52,086 nt of DNA from Chrysochloris asiatica (lineage: Eukaryota). The translations under genes and the position numbers were made by a program. Every line of letters starts with the position of its first letter. The stretch's first letter is position 1. Shown here one piece after another: positions 24,044 through 39,639 of the stretch. Location: assembly GCF_000296735.1 (NCBI RefSeq), contig NW_006409184.1, positions 25,891-77,976 of the forward strand. The letters run 5' to 3'. The notes beneath the pieces were generated by a model. That model made no database searches, was not told the origin of the DNA, and worked only from the letters and a program-made list of their open reading frames with translations.

Positions 24044-24186
24044 TCAGTTGGTGGGCACTTCAAACCCACTAACTGCTCTGAGGGAGAAGGTTGAGGCTTT
24101 GTGCTCCCATAAAGATTTATAGCCTTGGAAATCCTGTACCCGGTCACTGTGAGTCATGACTTGATGGCATTAACAGTGCAACAACC
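24044..24186 (+). mobile_element. AfroSINE copy (5'-truncated)
   Basis: tcagttggtgggcacttcaaacccactaactgctctgagggagaaggttgaggctttgtgctcccataaagatttatagccttggaaatcctgtacccggtcactgtgagtcatgacttgatggcattaacagtgcaacaacc. Confidence 0.75.
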
Positions 24187-24751
24187 TTAGTCAACCATGC
24201 ATGGGCTTCTGAAGGTCAAGGCCTAGTTTTTTTTTTCATCTGTGTCCCCAGGGCCCAGGAAATGCTTATTAGATTATAAAATAGGAAGAAACCAGGTCTT
24301 TGATATAACCACTCAAAGCTGGAGAGTCAGAGAAAGCAAAGGCCCAAGCAAGGTGCTATCTCCCAAGCCTCTCACTAACCCAAGCCTGCCTCTACTTCAG
24401 GTCCTGGTTTGGCGCACCTCCTCCAGAAAGTCCTTCTTAATGAGCCCTGCCTGGTTCTGAAACAAACACACTAAGTTCTGTCAGGGTCAAGTTCAGAATC
24501 ATCATTCACTGGCAAGCTACTTTCTATTTAGCTATTTGCTTTATCAGACTACCCAAGGATTTTAGGAGGTTTACAAAAATAATTTAATCACCACAATTGC
24601 ATAGAATAAATTAAACACACACACAAAAAAGGTTGTACAAGCCATGGCTGCTAGGGAGAGAAGCCTCAATCTGGTACTGTGCAAAAAGAGAGACTTACAC
24701 ACGTGTCACTCGCCGTAAGAAAGGAGAAAACAAGCCAATTTAGCTCTTTAC

Positions 24752-24830
24752 TGGTTGTTGTTTTTAAGAGCTGTCGAGTCAGTTCCGATTCATAGCCACC
24801 CTGTATAGGGTTTCTGAGCAGCGGCTTTAC
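24752..24830 (-). mobile_element. AfroSINE 3' fragment (reverse orientation)
   Basis: ctggttgttgtttttaagagctgtcgagtcagttccgattcatagccaccctgtatagggtttctgagcagcgg. Confidence 0.6.
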
Positions 24831-25413
24831 TGGAGACACTAATTACTAAGCTCGATAAAGACAGAATGGTTCAAGTTCTTAAAGGAAGTTCACTGGCTTC
24901 CCTGGATGAGAGATACAGACATAATTCCACAGTGCACCTCCATGAAGGAAAGTCTCAGTCAGTGCTCAGAGGGGAGAAAAGGTTCAGAGGCACTTAATTA
25001 CGTACAGTTTGCACACCTGGAAAATGGGTCACTGAGTCTTTCTTTGCCAATCTCAAAGGCACGGAGTGAATCCACTGTAGAAACTGAACAAGCTCTGCAA
25101 ATACTTTAGAGCTGGACAGAATCCAGTGATCAGCTGATTTGCCTGAGGTCACAAAGCAAATGAGTGCCAGGATCCAGAATAACTTCTCTGAGCCTAAGAT
25201 CCCTCATCTGTAAGATGGAGATGACTGTGGGTAAATAACAAAGATGAGGAGAGATAAGGGATGTTGAACTGATGTCTTTGGGAGCTCTCTGAGGAGCCCT
25301 GATTTTTCAGTGTAGACTCCAATATAGACCTAGATTGTGCCCCCAGGAGCCTGGGGAAGAGGGGGCAGTAAAAGTTTGTAGATTGGTGAGAGTGGGGTGG
25401 CATGGAAAAATAA

Positions 25414-25974
<561 letters not shown>

Positions 25975-26193
25975 TGAAGGATGTTCCGCATTTCCATTCT
26001 GGGTAACACTGTAACTGGGCTCTCCATCATCATGTCCCAGGCATAGGAGAGTCTTCAAATCAGCAGCATCTCTGCCCAGGGCTGGTTTACCTCCTGGGTG
26101 CTTATTTGGAGAAGGTCCTTTAGGACAAGCCTGTGGGGCAGAGGTCATCCCTGGGCCAAGTCCCTGTCAAGCTTGTGGATGCACCAGCTCTGA

Positions 26194-26445
<252 letters not shown>

Positions 26446-26898
26446 TGAGGATTTGGGCCTTAAGGTGGTTACAGAGGGAGGGGGGTCATACAGACCTGGA
26501 CTGGATCCCAATTAGGATATGTGTCAAACACAGTTTAATTCTTCTCCTTCCTTAGGCAGTCTAGTGGACTTAAGACAAGTCACTTCATCTCTCTGTGCCT
26601 CTGTTCTTCATCTGGAGAACAGAGCTAATAGTACCTCCCTTAAAAACAGAGGTTTCTGTGAGGGTAAATTCAGATATGTGAAGTGATTAGAATGGTGCCC
26701 AACACGTAGCAGGCACTGGGAAATCTCTCTAATAAACAGGTTTCCCAGATCTGCCATTTTTTGTGATTTTAGGCAAGCTACTGAATCTGTATCTCAATTT
26801 CTCCATCTCTAAAATGAGAAATTAGTATCTGCCTCAAGGCTCCTTGTGAGGATTAAATGAGATCAAAGGTACAAAGGACATGTCACATTATAAGTTAG

Positions 26899-27198
<300 letters not shown>

Positions 27199-28002
27199 TG
27201 ATTCTCTGAAAGCTGATTTGTCCCCTCACCCCCAAACTACAAAGATCACTTTATATGGATACCTTCTAATTTCCTGAGGTGGCTTTTTCTATTAAGCTTC
27301 AGGTATGGCTGGATCCAGGTATAGAGTCTGGAGACCAGTTGTTTCTTCGGTCTCCAAGTTCTTCCCTCTTTGGTGGTAACTCCATTCTCACGCAAACCTC
27401 AGAGAAAGCGAAAGCTCATCTTTTTCCTGAGAGTGTTATCAAAATTGCCAGGAAAAGCTCTCATTGACTTGGTGTGGGTCATTTGCTCATGCCTGAGGCA
27501 TCATTGTCACCAATGGGGCAGGTGGTGTTCTACTTGGCAGATCCACAGCACACAGTCATCCCTGCTGTGTCTCCCAAAAGGAAAACAGAGGTGTATGACC
27601 AAAAGAAGGGGTAATAGATGCCAAGCCAATGGAAACAACCATCATGAGCTGCAGAGATTATGAGTTAAAATAGAGGTCGCTTGTGGACAGGATGGAAAAA
27701 GCTGTGTTTTCTCAGAAAAGTTAAGTCATCATGGGATAAGAGACCTTTAAAGCAGATCTTAAAGGATGGCGAGGATTTTTAAAAGGGGAGATTGGGGAAG
27801 AGCATCCTAGGTGGAAGGGACAGTCTGAGCAAAGTTGAGGACCTGTAGAAATGTCTGGTATTTTGGGAAACAGAATTTGAATGTATCTAGAGCAGAGGAC
27901 TTGTGCAAGCAATAGCAGGAAAGGGATAAAGAAACAAAACAGCTGTGGGAATGGTTAGTTTCCACTAGGAATCATCAGAGAAATGGCCTTGGCAGAATTT
28001 TT

Positions 28003-28290
28003 TTTTTTTTAATGTTTTATTGTGAATTATGTGATAGTTTACATGGGAGAACATTAGTTTTACATTCATTCTATCATGTATCGTTTCATTGCCATGGTTA
28101 CAATCCCCTCCATGCATCATCAACCAACCAAAGGGTATACCCTGCAAGCCTGCCCCCCACACACCCCCTCCCGATTGTTAGCACACAGCCCCTCTCCCTC
28201 TCTGGATCTAAAGTCCCCAGCTGCTCCATCTCTCCATGTCATCGTCTCTCATTGGCAGAATTTTGATATGAAACCTTATCAGGCTATGTA
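28003..28290 (-). mobile_element. Unclassified retroposon-like element with poly(A) on the minus strand (forward strand starts with t12), in SEZ6L2 intron 8
   Basis: tttttttttttaatgttttattgtgaattatgtgatagtttacatgggagaacattagttttacattcattctatcatg...; family not recognised. Confidence 0.25.
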
Positions 28291-28978
28291 ACTGTGAAAT
28301 AAGACAGTGGACATGCAAAAAATTAAACCACCTGATAGATTCTGAGAGTGCAGAAGCGCAGAGAACACTTGGCTGAGGCCTGATTCCATACTTATAGGCC
28401 ATTGCTTTTCTGTGGGTTTCAGAGTTCTCATCTGTAGTATAGACACCTTAAGTCTGACTTGATAGGTAATTTTGCAGCTAAGATGTGATTTCTGCTGGTT
28501 TAGTCCAAAGTATAAACTGGGCACCTTTTGTATTCACTGTAATTTTGGATTCTAGCAACAGCATAGATTAGGTATAATCTGATTTTAATTTTAAGAAGAG
28601 AATGCACCTGCACAAGCCAATTCTTTCCCTACTTTGCAGTTTCCAAAGCCAAATACCTGTGATTGGAAATCAAGTGACCTGGATTGGCGGTCTGGTTCTG
28701 CCACTGCCCAACTATGTGATCTTGGTCTTGTAGATAAAATTTTGTCTGTGACCCTCAGTTCCCTCATCTGTAGATGGTAGCTGGGATTCGACTAGTCTAG
28801 GAGTTCCCTCCAGAGACCAAGGAGGTAACATAAATGTGTAAGTGAGAGGGTTTGGGGTTTATGGAGAGTGAAGGTTAAGTCCAAGGGCAATCAGTTTTTA
28901 AAAAGCCCACTGAGTGGTCAGACCACATCTGAAGTCAGCCTGCGGCCCATGTTTAAAGTCCCATGAGATCTGTCCTAG

Positions 28979-29494
<516 letters not shown>

Positions 29495-29544
29495 TAGGAG
29501 TGCAAGAAACAGGTGGATAACAGATATAGGAAATGTGCCAATAG

Positions 29545-29784
<240 letters not shown>

Positions 29785-30542
29785 TGATGGGTGTGGGCTC
29801 AGGCAAGTGTGGTTTGATGGTGGCCAGCCTTCCTTCGGAGCCTGGTGGGATCTTCTGTTTCTGCTCAGGCTTCAGTAGGGTCTAAAGAAAGAGGGGACAA
29901 AGGGTTCAGGATGGGGAAGGGGTGGTCAGGTGACTAAGTTCAAATTATATATTACCCAGGTGACTTTGGACAAGTAAATAGGAATAATATAACCTTCTTC
30001 AGATGGCCTTCAGTCTCTGAGGCTATGATTTCCAGGGACCCAGGCCCAAGATGTTGCATCATCATCGCAATCACTCAAAGTGAGGGTGGGGTTGGAGGGA
30101 ATCCTTTGGGATTCTGTGACTGGACAGAATAAAAGTAGGCGTGGCCAAAAGCAGGCGCTGTAGCAAGGACTTGGAACTGTCTGTGGTGTTGAAGAGGGAC
30201 TGAAACCCGGGAAGAATTGGTATTGAGCTGCTTGGGGATTGTTGCAGCCACTGTGCCAATCCATCTGGTTGCAGACCTTCCTCTTTTCACCTGAACTTCT
30301 CTACTTCATCAAGCAGTTGCTGCAATAGTGGTCCCACACATAGAAGGGCTTGTGAGGACCAAGCAGAACCAGGCAGTGATTTCTCTCGTACATAGCTATG
30401 AGTCGGGCCCATGCCACCTGACAGCAAAGGTTGAGGATTGAGCAGCAGGAACTGGGAGCAACCGCAGAACAAACAGGTGGAACCTGGAGGAACTATCGAA
30501 GAGGAAAAATCTGTGATTGGTCAAAACTAAGGCAGCGTGTAG

Positions 30543-30914
<372 letters not shown>

Positions 30915-30927
30915 TGAAGAGGGTTAG

Positions 30928-31317
<390 letters not shown>

Positions 31318-33437
31318 TAGATCTGGGTCCTGCCCAGATCTTCTTCAGGCTTCGCCGCTATACCCTCTGGGTTCCACCCCTGAGCTTCGTGCCCCACAAT
31401 TGCCTCGCTGGCTCTGTTCTCATTGTACGAGATGCATCCCTCTTTGTTCCACGGTTGCAGGTTCTGTCCTAGTTCCCTCTGGGTCCCGCCTCATCTTTTC
31501 AAGGTCCCTTCCCGGCCCCACTCTTTCCTCACCCCTTGGTCTGAGTACCACCCCTTCTTTCCGTACTGAGCCGTCCTTCATCCCACTGGGCCACGCCCCA
31601 TCAAATCTTAGTTCTGCTGTGTGGTTCTAGATTCAGATTACCCGCTCTAAAATCTCAGTCTCAAACCCTGGCATTCTGAGGAGTCACTTCGCTAAGCAAG
31701 GATCCTCAAAGAACGTACTTTTTAAATTAAAAAAAAAGTTTGTTGTTGTTGAGAATATACACAGCAGAGCATACACCATTTCAGCAATTTCTGCATGGAC
31801 TGACCATGGACTTGGTCACATCCCTCAGTTGTGCAGCCATTCTTGCCCTTTCCCTAATTGTTCCTTCTCATTAACAAACCATATAGAGAGATTTTAAAAG
31901 AGCACAATGTTCAAGACAGACACTCTTTACTAGTTAAGGTAAAGTATTGTTTGTTTTTCAGAAAACTTCAAGGGATATTTTTTGGATTAAGGTTTAAAGA
32001 TTGCTTCAGAGATTCACCCAACTTCCCTAGCTCTAACAAATCTGGAGTCTATGATAATTTGACATTCTTTTCTACCTTTCCCCCTTGTGATCAGGATTCT
32101 TCTATAAAATCCTTTAGCAAAAACATAAGAACTTATTTTAAGGCAATCATTGAAGTCTTGGACTGGTTGGAGGAGTTCAGATCCCTCCCTAACCAACCAT
32201 ACTCTGACAGAGTCCACAGTCTATAAGGGAAAGAGAGACCTACAGACAATACAGAATAATAACTGCTGGATGACTTCAAGCAAGGTACTTAACATCTCTG
32301 AGCCTTGGCTTCTGCATAGATGAAGTACAAATGGGAGATGTGAAAAGCAAATGAAATTTTTTTCATGCAGTTCCTAGCACAGATAAACAGTGAGTCAATG
32401 ATAGCTGCTATACATACACAGAAGGCATAGTGAGAGAATGGTGTCATTCAGATTTCTCAAAAGAGGTGGCACTTGAAAGAACCAGTAGTGTATGTATCTT
32501 TTAGGAGAGCAAAAGAGGGTGGTACCTTGTCATTTTCTCCAAATTCCCAAATCCCTGCCACAGGGATGTGGGACTGTCAGTCTTCCCATGTGGCTCTGGG
32601 GGACCACTGGGAAGAAGTTTCAGGAAGCCAGTTTGGGGCTGGACACAAGGAAAAATTTATAAGTGACACCTGAAGAAGCAATTAGCTCCCCATTCCTGGA
32701 GGGATTCAAGGATGCCAGGCCTGGTGAGAGTTCAGCTGGCCCAGAGGAGGAACAAGCTGAGGCTCAGGAGGGAACCTGCCCATGGAATCCCTACCTAAGC
32801 TGAAGAATTCAGTCTGCTGAATTTCTGTGCTCATGACCCTGAACATGGCCCAGCTCTGCCACTACTCCCTGGCTGAGTGATGATGGGCCAGTCATTTGAC
32901 CAAGATGACAGTGATGTTGCCTTCTTGAGCTGAAGATGAAAATATATCATGTTTGTAAAATGCTTAGCAGGGTGCCTAGCACAAGTTCTATACAAACCCA
33001 GTTAAGATAGACTCTCCCACAGAGGAATTATAAACTCAGATGTCTGCAGGGGTTGGGCAGGCAGAAAGATGATGGCAGTGGCTGGCCATGATCGGAATGA
33101 GAGCACCATGTCCCCTTTAAAGAGGGCAGCTGCTGTCTTGCCCCAGACCATCTGCCATGCAAGACGGCCCCTGCTTGGGTTTAACTGGTATGTTCTGGCC
33201 CAGTGCTCAACCATTATGAACATCACCCTAGGATGGGTCAAGGCCTCTGTGGTTGCCTCAACCCTCCTATTTTCTCTAAGAAGTCTGAAATATAAAATGA
33301 AATGAATTTTGTTTTCCCAATTCCTGCTGTCTTTGTTCTGAGGAAGTGGTAGGCAAAGTAGGGCTGGTGCTCAGAGGAGGTGGTCCAAGACTCTCAGCTT
33401 CACGGAGACTTTTTGAGGAATTAAAGCCCCAAGCTGA

Positions 33438-34016
<579 letters not shown>

Positions 34017-34408
34017 TAGCAAATTTGAGAGCAATGAATGGCCTTGCAGAGCTCCACTTTTCACCTCCTGTGGGTTTCTTCTTCATGGGTCCTTCCAGAG
34101 ATTCAGTGTCATGGACTTATGCTAAGGGATGTAGTGGAAGAAGCTTTGCTTTGGAAGTCCCTTGCCCCCTCTGGGTAAAACAATTTCCCTATCTATGACA
34201 CATTCTAAAGACCTGGTTGGCTCAGACTGTCCAAGCCCTGCTCTGACTACTCCCATCTCCCAGCAAGAGGAGAATGTTTAAGTGAAGCAGAGGGCAGAGA
34301 GAACCAGGCTCTCCAGCCCAGCCCCACCGGGCTCCTGGCCCTCTACCCAGCTTCCTTCCCCTCCCTGGCTCAGACCCCGTCCCCCTCCCCTCCCTCCTCT
34401 CCCTGCAG

Positions 34409-34447
34409 TGGCCTATGAGGAGCTCCTGGACAACCGAAAACTGGAAG
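34409..34447 (+). CDS. SEZ6L2: SEZ6L2 exon 15: 39 nt stalk micro-exon (VAYEELLDNRKLE)
   Basis: Acceptor ctctccctgcag|TGGCCTATG, donor CTGGAAG|gtcagt; phase 1-1. Confidence 0.75.
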
Positions 34448-34517
34448 GTCAGTGAAGGCACAGGTGGAGACCCAGGCCCTGACCAGGTCGGGAGGGCGAG
34501 GCAGAGGCTGGGGGTAG

Positions 34518-35012
<495 letters not shown>

Positions 35013-35350
35013 TGAGCAAAGCAAGTCAGGTGTGAATGATGGGAGCAGGAAGGACTGTAGCTAATTGGGAAGCTGGTGCTCCCTCTAAAGGCTGCAGCTC
35101 TAACTCGTTGTTACCAAGTGGAACTTTAAGCCCAATTATCAGATCTCCCTATTGTTTAAGGTGGTCCAGAAATTCAGACTGTTATAATTTAAGATACTGG
35201 CGAGCACACCAAACCTGTCCATTGGCCAGATTCAGTCCATTCCCACCCCGTGACCTCCAAATCTCCAAGCTGCTGTGTTGGGTGGGTCTCTCTCCTTTTG
35301 GATGCTTCGACCCACTTTGCACTCTCATCCTGCTCCGTCTCTGTCTCCAG

Positions 35351-35380
35351 GATACACGGGAGTATGAAGTTTCCATCTGA
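35351..35380 (+). CDS. SEZ6L2: SEZ6L2 exon 18: last coding exon (DTREYEVSI*)
   Basis: Acceptor ctgtctccag|GATACACGGG; TGA at 35378-35380; C-terminus matches the SEZ6 family. Confidence 0.85.
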   Translation, partial: DTREYEVSI

Positions 35381-35537
35381 ACCCCAAGACAGAAGATGCA
35401 GGACCCAGGACACCCTTCCCTTCCTCATTCTAAGCAGGAGGAGACTAAGACCTGGTCTCTGGCTCCCCTCCTCCCTGCTGTGTAAATAGTCTCCCAGTCC
35501 CACAAGGGGGCTCTATGGCCCTGGAGACCCTACAGTA

Positions 35538-35543
35538 AATAAA
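35538..35543 (+). terminator. SEZ6L2: Proximal AATAAA polyadenylation signal in the SEZ6L2 3'UTR
   Basis: ctacagtaAATAAAccagcat, about 160 nt after the stop. Confidence 0.5.
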
Positions 35544-35898
35544 CCAGCATCCTGCCGCCCAAAGCCTCCTCTTCTCAGTTGCCAACAAGGGGCCTGCCCC
35601 CACCCTGCGTGCCCATTACTGGCTTTTGGACCCTGGGAGGGGAACGTAGCCACCCTGAAGCTCTTGGGCTCCCTTCAGCCCAGGGCACCCACAAGGACTG
35701 CCCCACCACCTGATAGCGCTGCAGTTCCCTTGACCACAAAGGCTCGAGTACCCCGGATGCCCTGGCTTTAGGCCTGACTCCTGAGCCTTGTTGGGTCAGA
35801 AGACCAGGGATGAAGGGGAGAGTTGGGACAAGCTCCTACATGTGGTCTTCCCAACCCACAATCTTCCCATCTCTGCTTCTGGATTTTTGTTTTTGAGC

Positions 35899-35904
35899 AA
35901 TAAA
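35899..35904 (+). terminator. SEZ6L2: Distal AATAAA polyadenylation signal in the SEZ6L2 3'UTR
   Basis: ttttgagcAATAAAcagaaaatcacc, about 520 nt after the stop. Confidence 0.5.
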
Positions 35905-36149
35905 CAGAAAATCACCATTTGTAACTGGGCTGTTGGGGAATGGGGAGGCAGGTGATAGTGTTGGGAATGGTGATGGTGGCCTCTCTGGAGAAAGGGCTGG
36001 GAAGACAATAGAAATCCAAAACTAGACACAGCATAGTGTCAAGGGGGCTGGCCTGGGATCAAATAGTCTGACCTCTATGAAGGGCTGGCTGGACAGGCGT
36101 TGCTCTCTGGGTCCCTGCTGCCTCTCCAACAGAACTTCTAAAGCCACAC

Positions 36150-36347
36150 CAAACCCACTGCCGTTGAGTTGATTCCAACTCATACTGACCCTGCAGGACA
36201 GGGCAGGGCTGCTCCCTAGGATTTCAGAGGCTGTTAAATCTTGACAGAGCAGACTGGCACATCTTTCTCCTACAGAGTGGCTGGTGGGTTCAAACCGCTG
36301 ACCTTTCAGTTAGCAGCCCAATGCTTAGTCTACTGCCTCACCAGGGC
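36150..36347 (-). mobile_element. AfroSINE copy (reverse orientation)
   Basis: Forward ...ccgttgagttgattccaactcatactgaccctgcaggacagggcagggctgctccctaggatttcagaggctgttaaatcttgacagagcagactggcac...ggtgggttcaaaccgctgacctttcagttagcagcccaatgcttagtctactgcctcaccagggctc. Confidence 0.8.
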
Positions 36348-37379
36348 TCTGTCCATCAGGACTTGATGGGATAGAAATAGGCTTCTCTAGCTGGAAAAGA
36401 GTTGACAATAGTTTCTATATTTGGCAGGAGGCGAAAGTTCTCAGTCTGTCTCCTGATGAATTTATTTAAAATTCAACTCCCTTTGGAATGTCAGTGTACT
36501 GTTTTGCTTGTTTGGATGTTTTTGGCATTTTAAGCGTATCTACTATTCTATTTCTATTACGTCTTGTGCAGATTTGCTGCATTTCATAAACAATGGTCTT
36601 GTGTTTTGTGCCCTGTGGGTGTCTTTTCCTACTTTATCTACTTTTAAACACAATATGGACTTGTAGTCTGTATCTCTAAAGGATCTTTCAAATTTGTTCA
36701 AGTTTACTTAATCTGGAATGAGGCATTCTCATAAGCATGAGGCCCCAGAGGTCAGGGGCTGCGGGTCCTCACAATGTTGGTGGCAGTGGTGACCCCTTGT
36801 GAACCTTTCCAAATGCCCCAGGCTTAGACTCTAAGGTCATGGGGTTTGTTGGGAGGCAGGAGCTCACCTCTGCCACCAGGCTGAGAGATAACTGCTTTAG
36901 TAAAACTATTCCTATAACCTGCCTGTACTCAGCACAAAAGGGTCTCTCCACCGCAGGTAATGATGTCTTCCAGAGAAGTCACACAGGGGACTGCCCTAGT
37001 TGGGGGAAGGAGAAGATCCCTGTCTCTTTATTAAAGCCTTTGATTCTGGTGGTGTCTTTGTCAGCAGAGTGTGGAGGCAGAGGTGATGGTACTGAGACAC
37101 TTTGGAGGCTTCAGAGTTGATGCTGCTCATAAGCAGGAGTTGCCCCCAAACTGAGGTGAGGTGTTCAGTGAGTTGTGAATCAGGGGCTTTGTGGCATCTT
37201 CTGAAGGGATAGATAGGGGAGGGAATGAGAGGTCAAGAGCAGCACCAAAGACAATTGGGCTCATCCTCCAGATGTCATGTTGCTAGGCAGAGCTCCCTTG
37301 AAAAGAACAAGAACATTTTGTTTGTTTAGACCCAAGGCTCAGGTCTTTCTATCCTTCACTCTTTACCCAGCCTGCCTCT

Positions 37380-37690
37380 CTTAGCACACCTCCCATCTAC
37401 CTTTCCCCATCTCTCTGTCCACTCGTCTACCCATCCATTCCCCATTCCCTCCTCATTTTCCTTCTACCCCCATTCAACATTTGCCTGCCATCTAATCCAT
37501 CGACCCACCATCTTCCTTTTACCCATCCATCCATTTCTGATCTGATTTACCCACCCATCCCCATATCTAGCTATTACTATCCATCCATTTTCCACCCATC
37601 CACCAGTTATTCATCCTATTCCATCTACCCACCCAACTCATTTTCTCTCACCCAACTGCCCATCCTCCACTTAAACTCCTTGGGAGCAGG
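37380..37690. repeat. About 300 bp degenerate pyrimidine-rich tandem repeat (CCATCCAT / CCCATC-like units)
   Basis: cccatctacctttccccatctctctgtccactcgtctacccatccattccccattccctcc...acccatccatccatttctgatctgatttacccacccatccccatatctagctattactatccatccattttccacccatccaccagttattcatcc... Confidence 0.7.
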
Positions 37691-39639
37691 GAGTCTGTTT
37701 GGTTTACTGCTGAACTCCAGCTTCTAAAGCAGAGGTGGGGAACCCTTCTTTTTGCCAAAGGCCATTTAGATATTTTTAACATCATTGTGGGCCATACAAA
37801 ATGATCAACTAAAAATGAGCCTGCTACTTTTGGTCAAACATTTAATTAACTCACCCCTAATGTGATGGTTAGAACTGAGGTTGCCTTGGCAGGGCCAGAC
37901 CAAATGATTTTGCAGGCCTTAGATGGCCCACCACCCAGAAGTTCTCTATCCCTGCTCTAAAACAATGCTGATACACAGTACACATTTAACAAAACATTCA
38001 ATAAATTTTTCCATCTACCCATTTAATTATGCCCTTGTCCCTGCCTTACCCCCTCAAAAAAAACCACATACATATACGAGGGGGCTTCAAAAAGTTTGTA
38101 GACATTTTTAATTAAAAGATAATGGAATAATGGCATTTTTCTATGAACTTTTGGAAGTTCCCTAGAATACACACACTCTATGGAATAGTTTCACCTTTGT
38201 GTTTTGCTCATACAACACTCACTGCTTAGAATATTCCTACCAACCCTTTTTTCCTAGTAAACAGAGGCTGGGATAAATGCTCTTCTCATTGTTTCCATTA
38301 TGGGGAGTTAGACATATAATATTGCAATTGGCTACTTACTTATCTGTTCCCACACTAAACTAAGACTTTTTCAAGGACAGAGACTGTATCATTTGTTTCT
38401 GTGTCTCAGCCTCCTAACACAGGAACTGGCATATAGTGAGAGCTCTAAATGTTTGAATAACAGAAAGGCGTTCTCCTCCACGGACCCTATACATACCTTT
38501 TCACGAGGGGTTGGCAGGAGGTGTGCCTTGGCGCGGGTACGATTTCTGTCAGAGCTAGAGATGGCAGAAGAGAAGAGAAAGAGCTAAGGACTCTGAATTC
38601 CAAGGGTCAGGGCAGACTAGAAAAAGAACTGCATGGTTCAAAATCCCCCTACCCTGCTGGGACGTTGTCAAACCCTCGCTCTGTCCCAGGACTTGAAGCC
38701 TCACTCACCGGGTATCTGTGCCTCGGGTCTTGGTGAAGAACACTGGAAGTAGAGGCCCCAGTCAGAGAAATGACTATCCCATAACCAGATATAGAGAAGT
38801 GGCAAAGGCAAAAAGGCTGGGGGACTTCTGGCCAGGCAATGAGGAGTGATGGCTGGGTTGGTGGGTGGAAGGCATGGTGCAGGTCCTAGGGGCTGACTTG
38901 GAGCTGGGGAGATGGGCATAGATCTTTGGAGAGGTCAGCAGCGTGGTTGGGAGGGGGTCTAGAACTAGGGGTGTGTGGAGGGGTCTGTGGACACAGTGGT
39001 CCTGGAATGAGGGTCACCGTGTTTAGACATCTGAGTCCCTTGGTCTTGTGTCTGCTTTTTCTTGGTGGGCAAAGGATTCATATGGCAGCCAGCAATAAAC
39101 AAGGCTTCATCAGTGAGTTCTGTGCTGATCCTGGTCAGAAATTCTTCAGAACGGGATAAGGAAACTTTCTGGGGAAAGAAAATCAGAGGGGCTCAGCCTG
39201 AGAGCTACTACATGGAGTTTCTGGGTCTGGCATCTAGCAGGCTGGGCCTTGTATTGGAGAATTGGGTCTTCATATTTGACCTAGAAGGCAGTCTTTGGGG
39301 ACCTCAGTTTCAGCGATCTCTAGATGGGGTCTTAAGGCTTGAGGGGGCTCAAGGCTCAGATCTGGGGCTGGGTGCCTTGGCCTAAAAGCTCTCCACATCA
39401 TTCCCGGTGTAGGGCTCCCTCAGCGCTCACCGGACCTCCACACAAGGAGGGTGCAGCTTGGGACGACCAACTGCCCTTTTTCTCCTCATTTTTGGTAGGA
39501 GTGGATGCCATCCCCTGAAAACAATTGGAACCTGTTTAGAACCTGAGAAAAAGTAGCCCATTTGCCCCACAAACCCATCCCACCAACTTTCCCCAGCCCA
39601 TATTTAAGTACGGATTATAAATGAACCACCCAGTTGTTT

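Noticed and set aside
37380-37690. Regularly repeated short units, which could superficially suggest a CRISPR-like array given the task framing
   Set aside because: The units are degenerate, lack unique spacers of constant length, and lie in a mammalian intergenic region. The whole window is eukaryotic (introns, CpG islands, SINEs), so no prokaryotic defence or accessory system is plausible here
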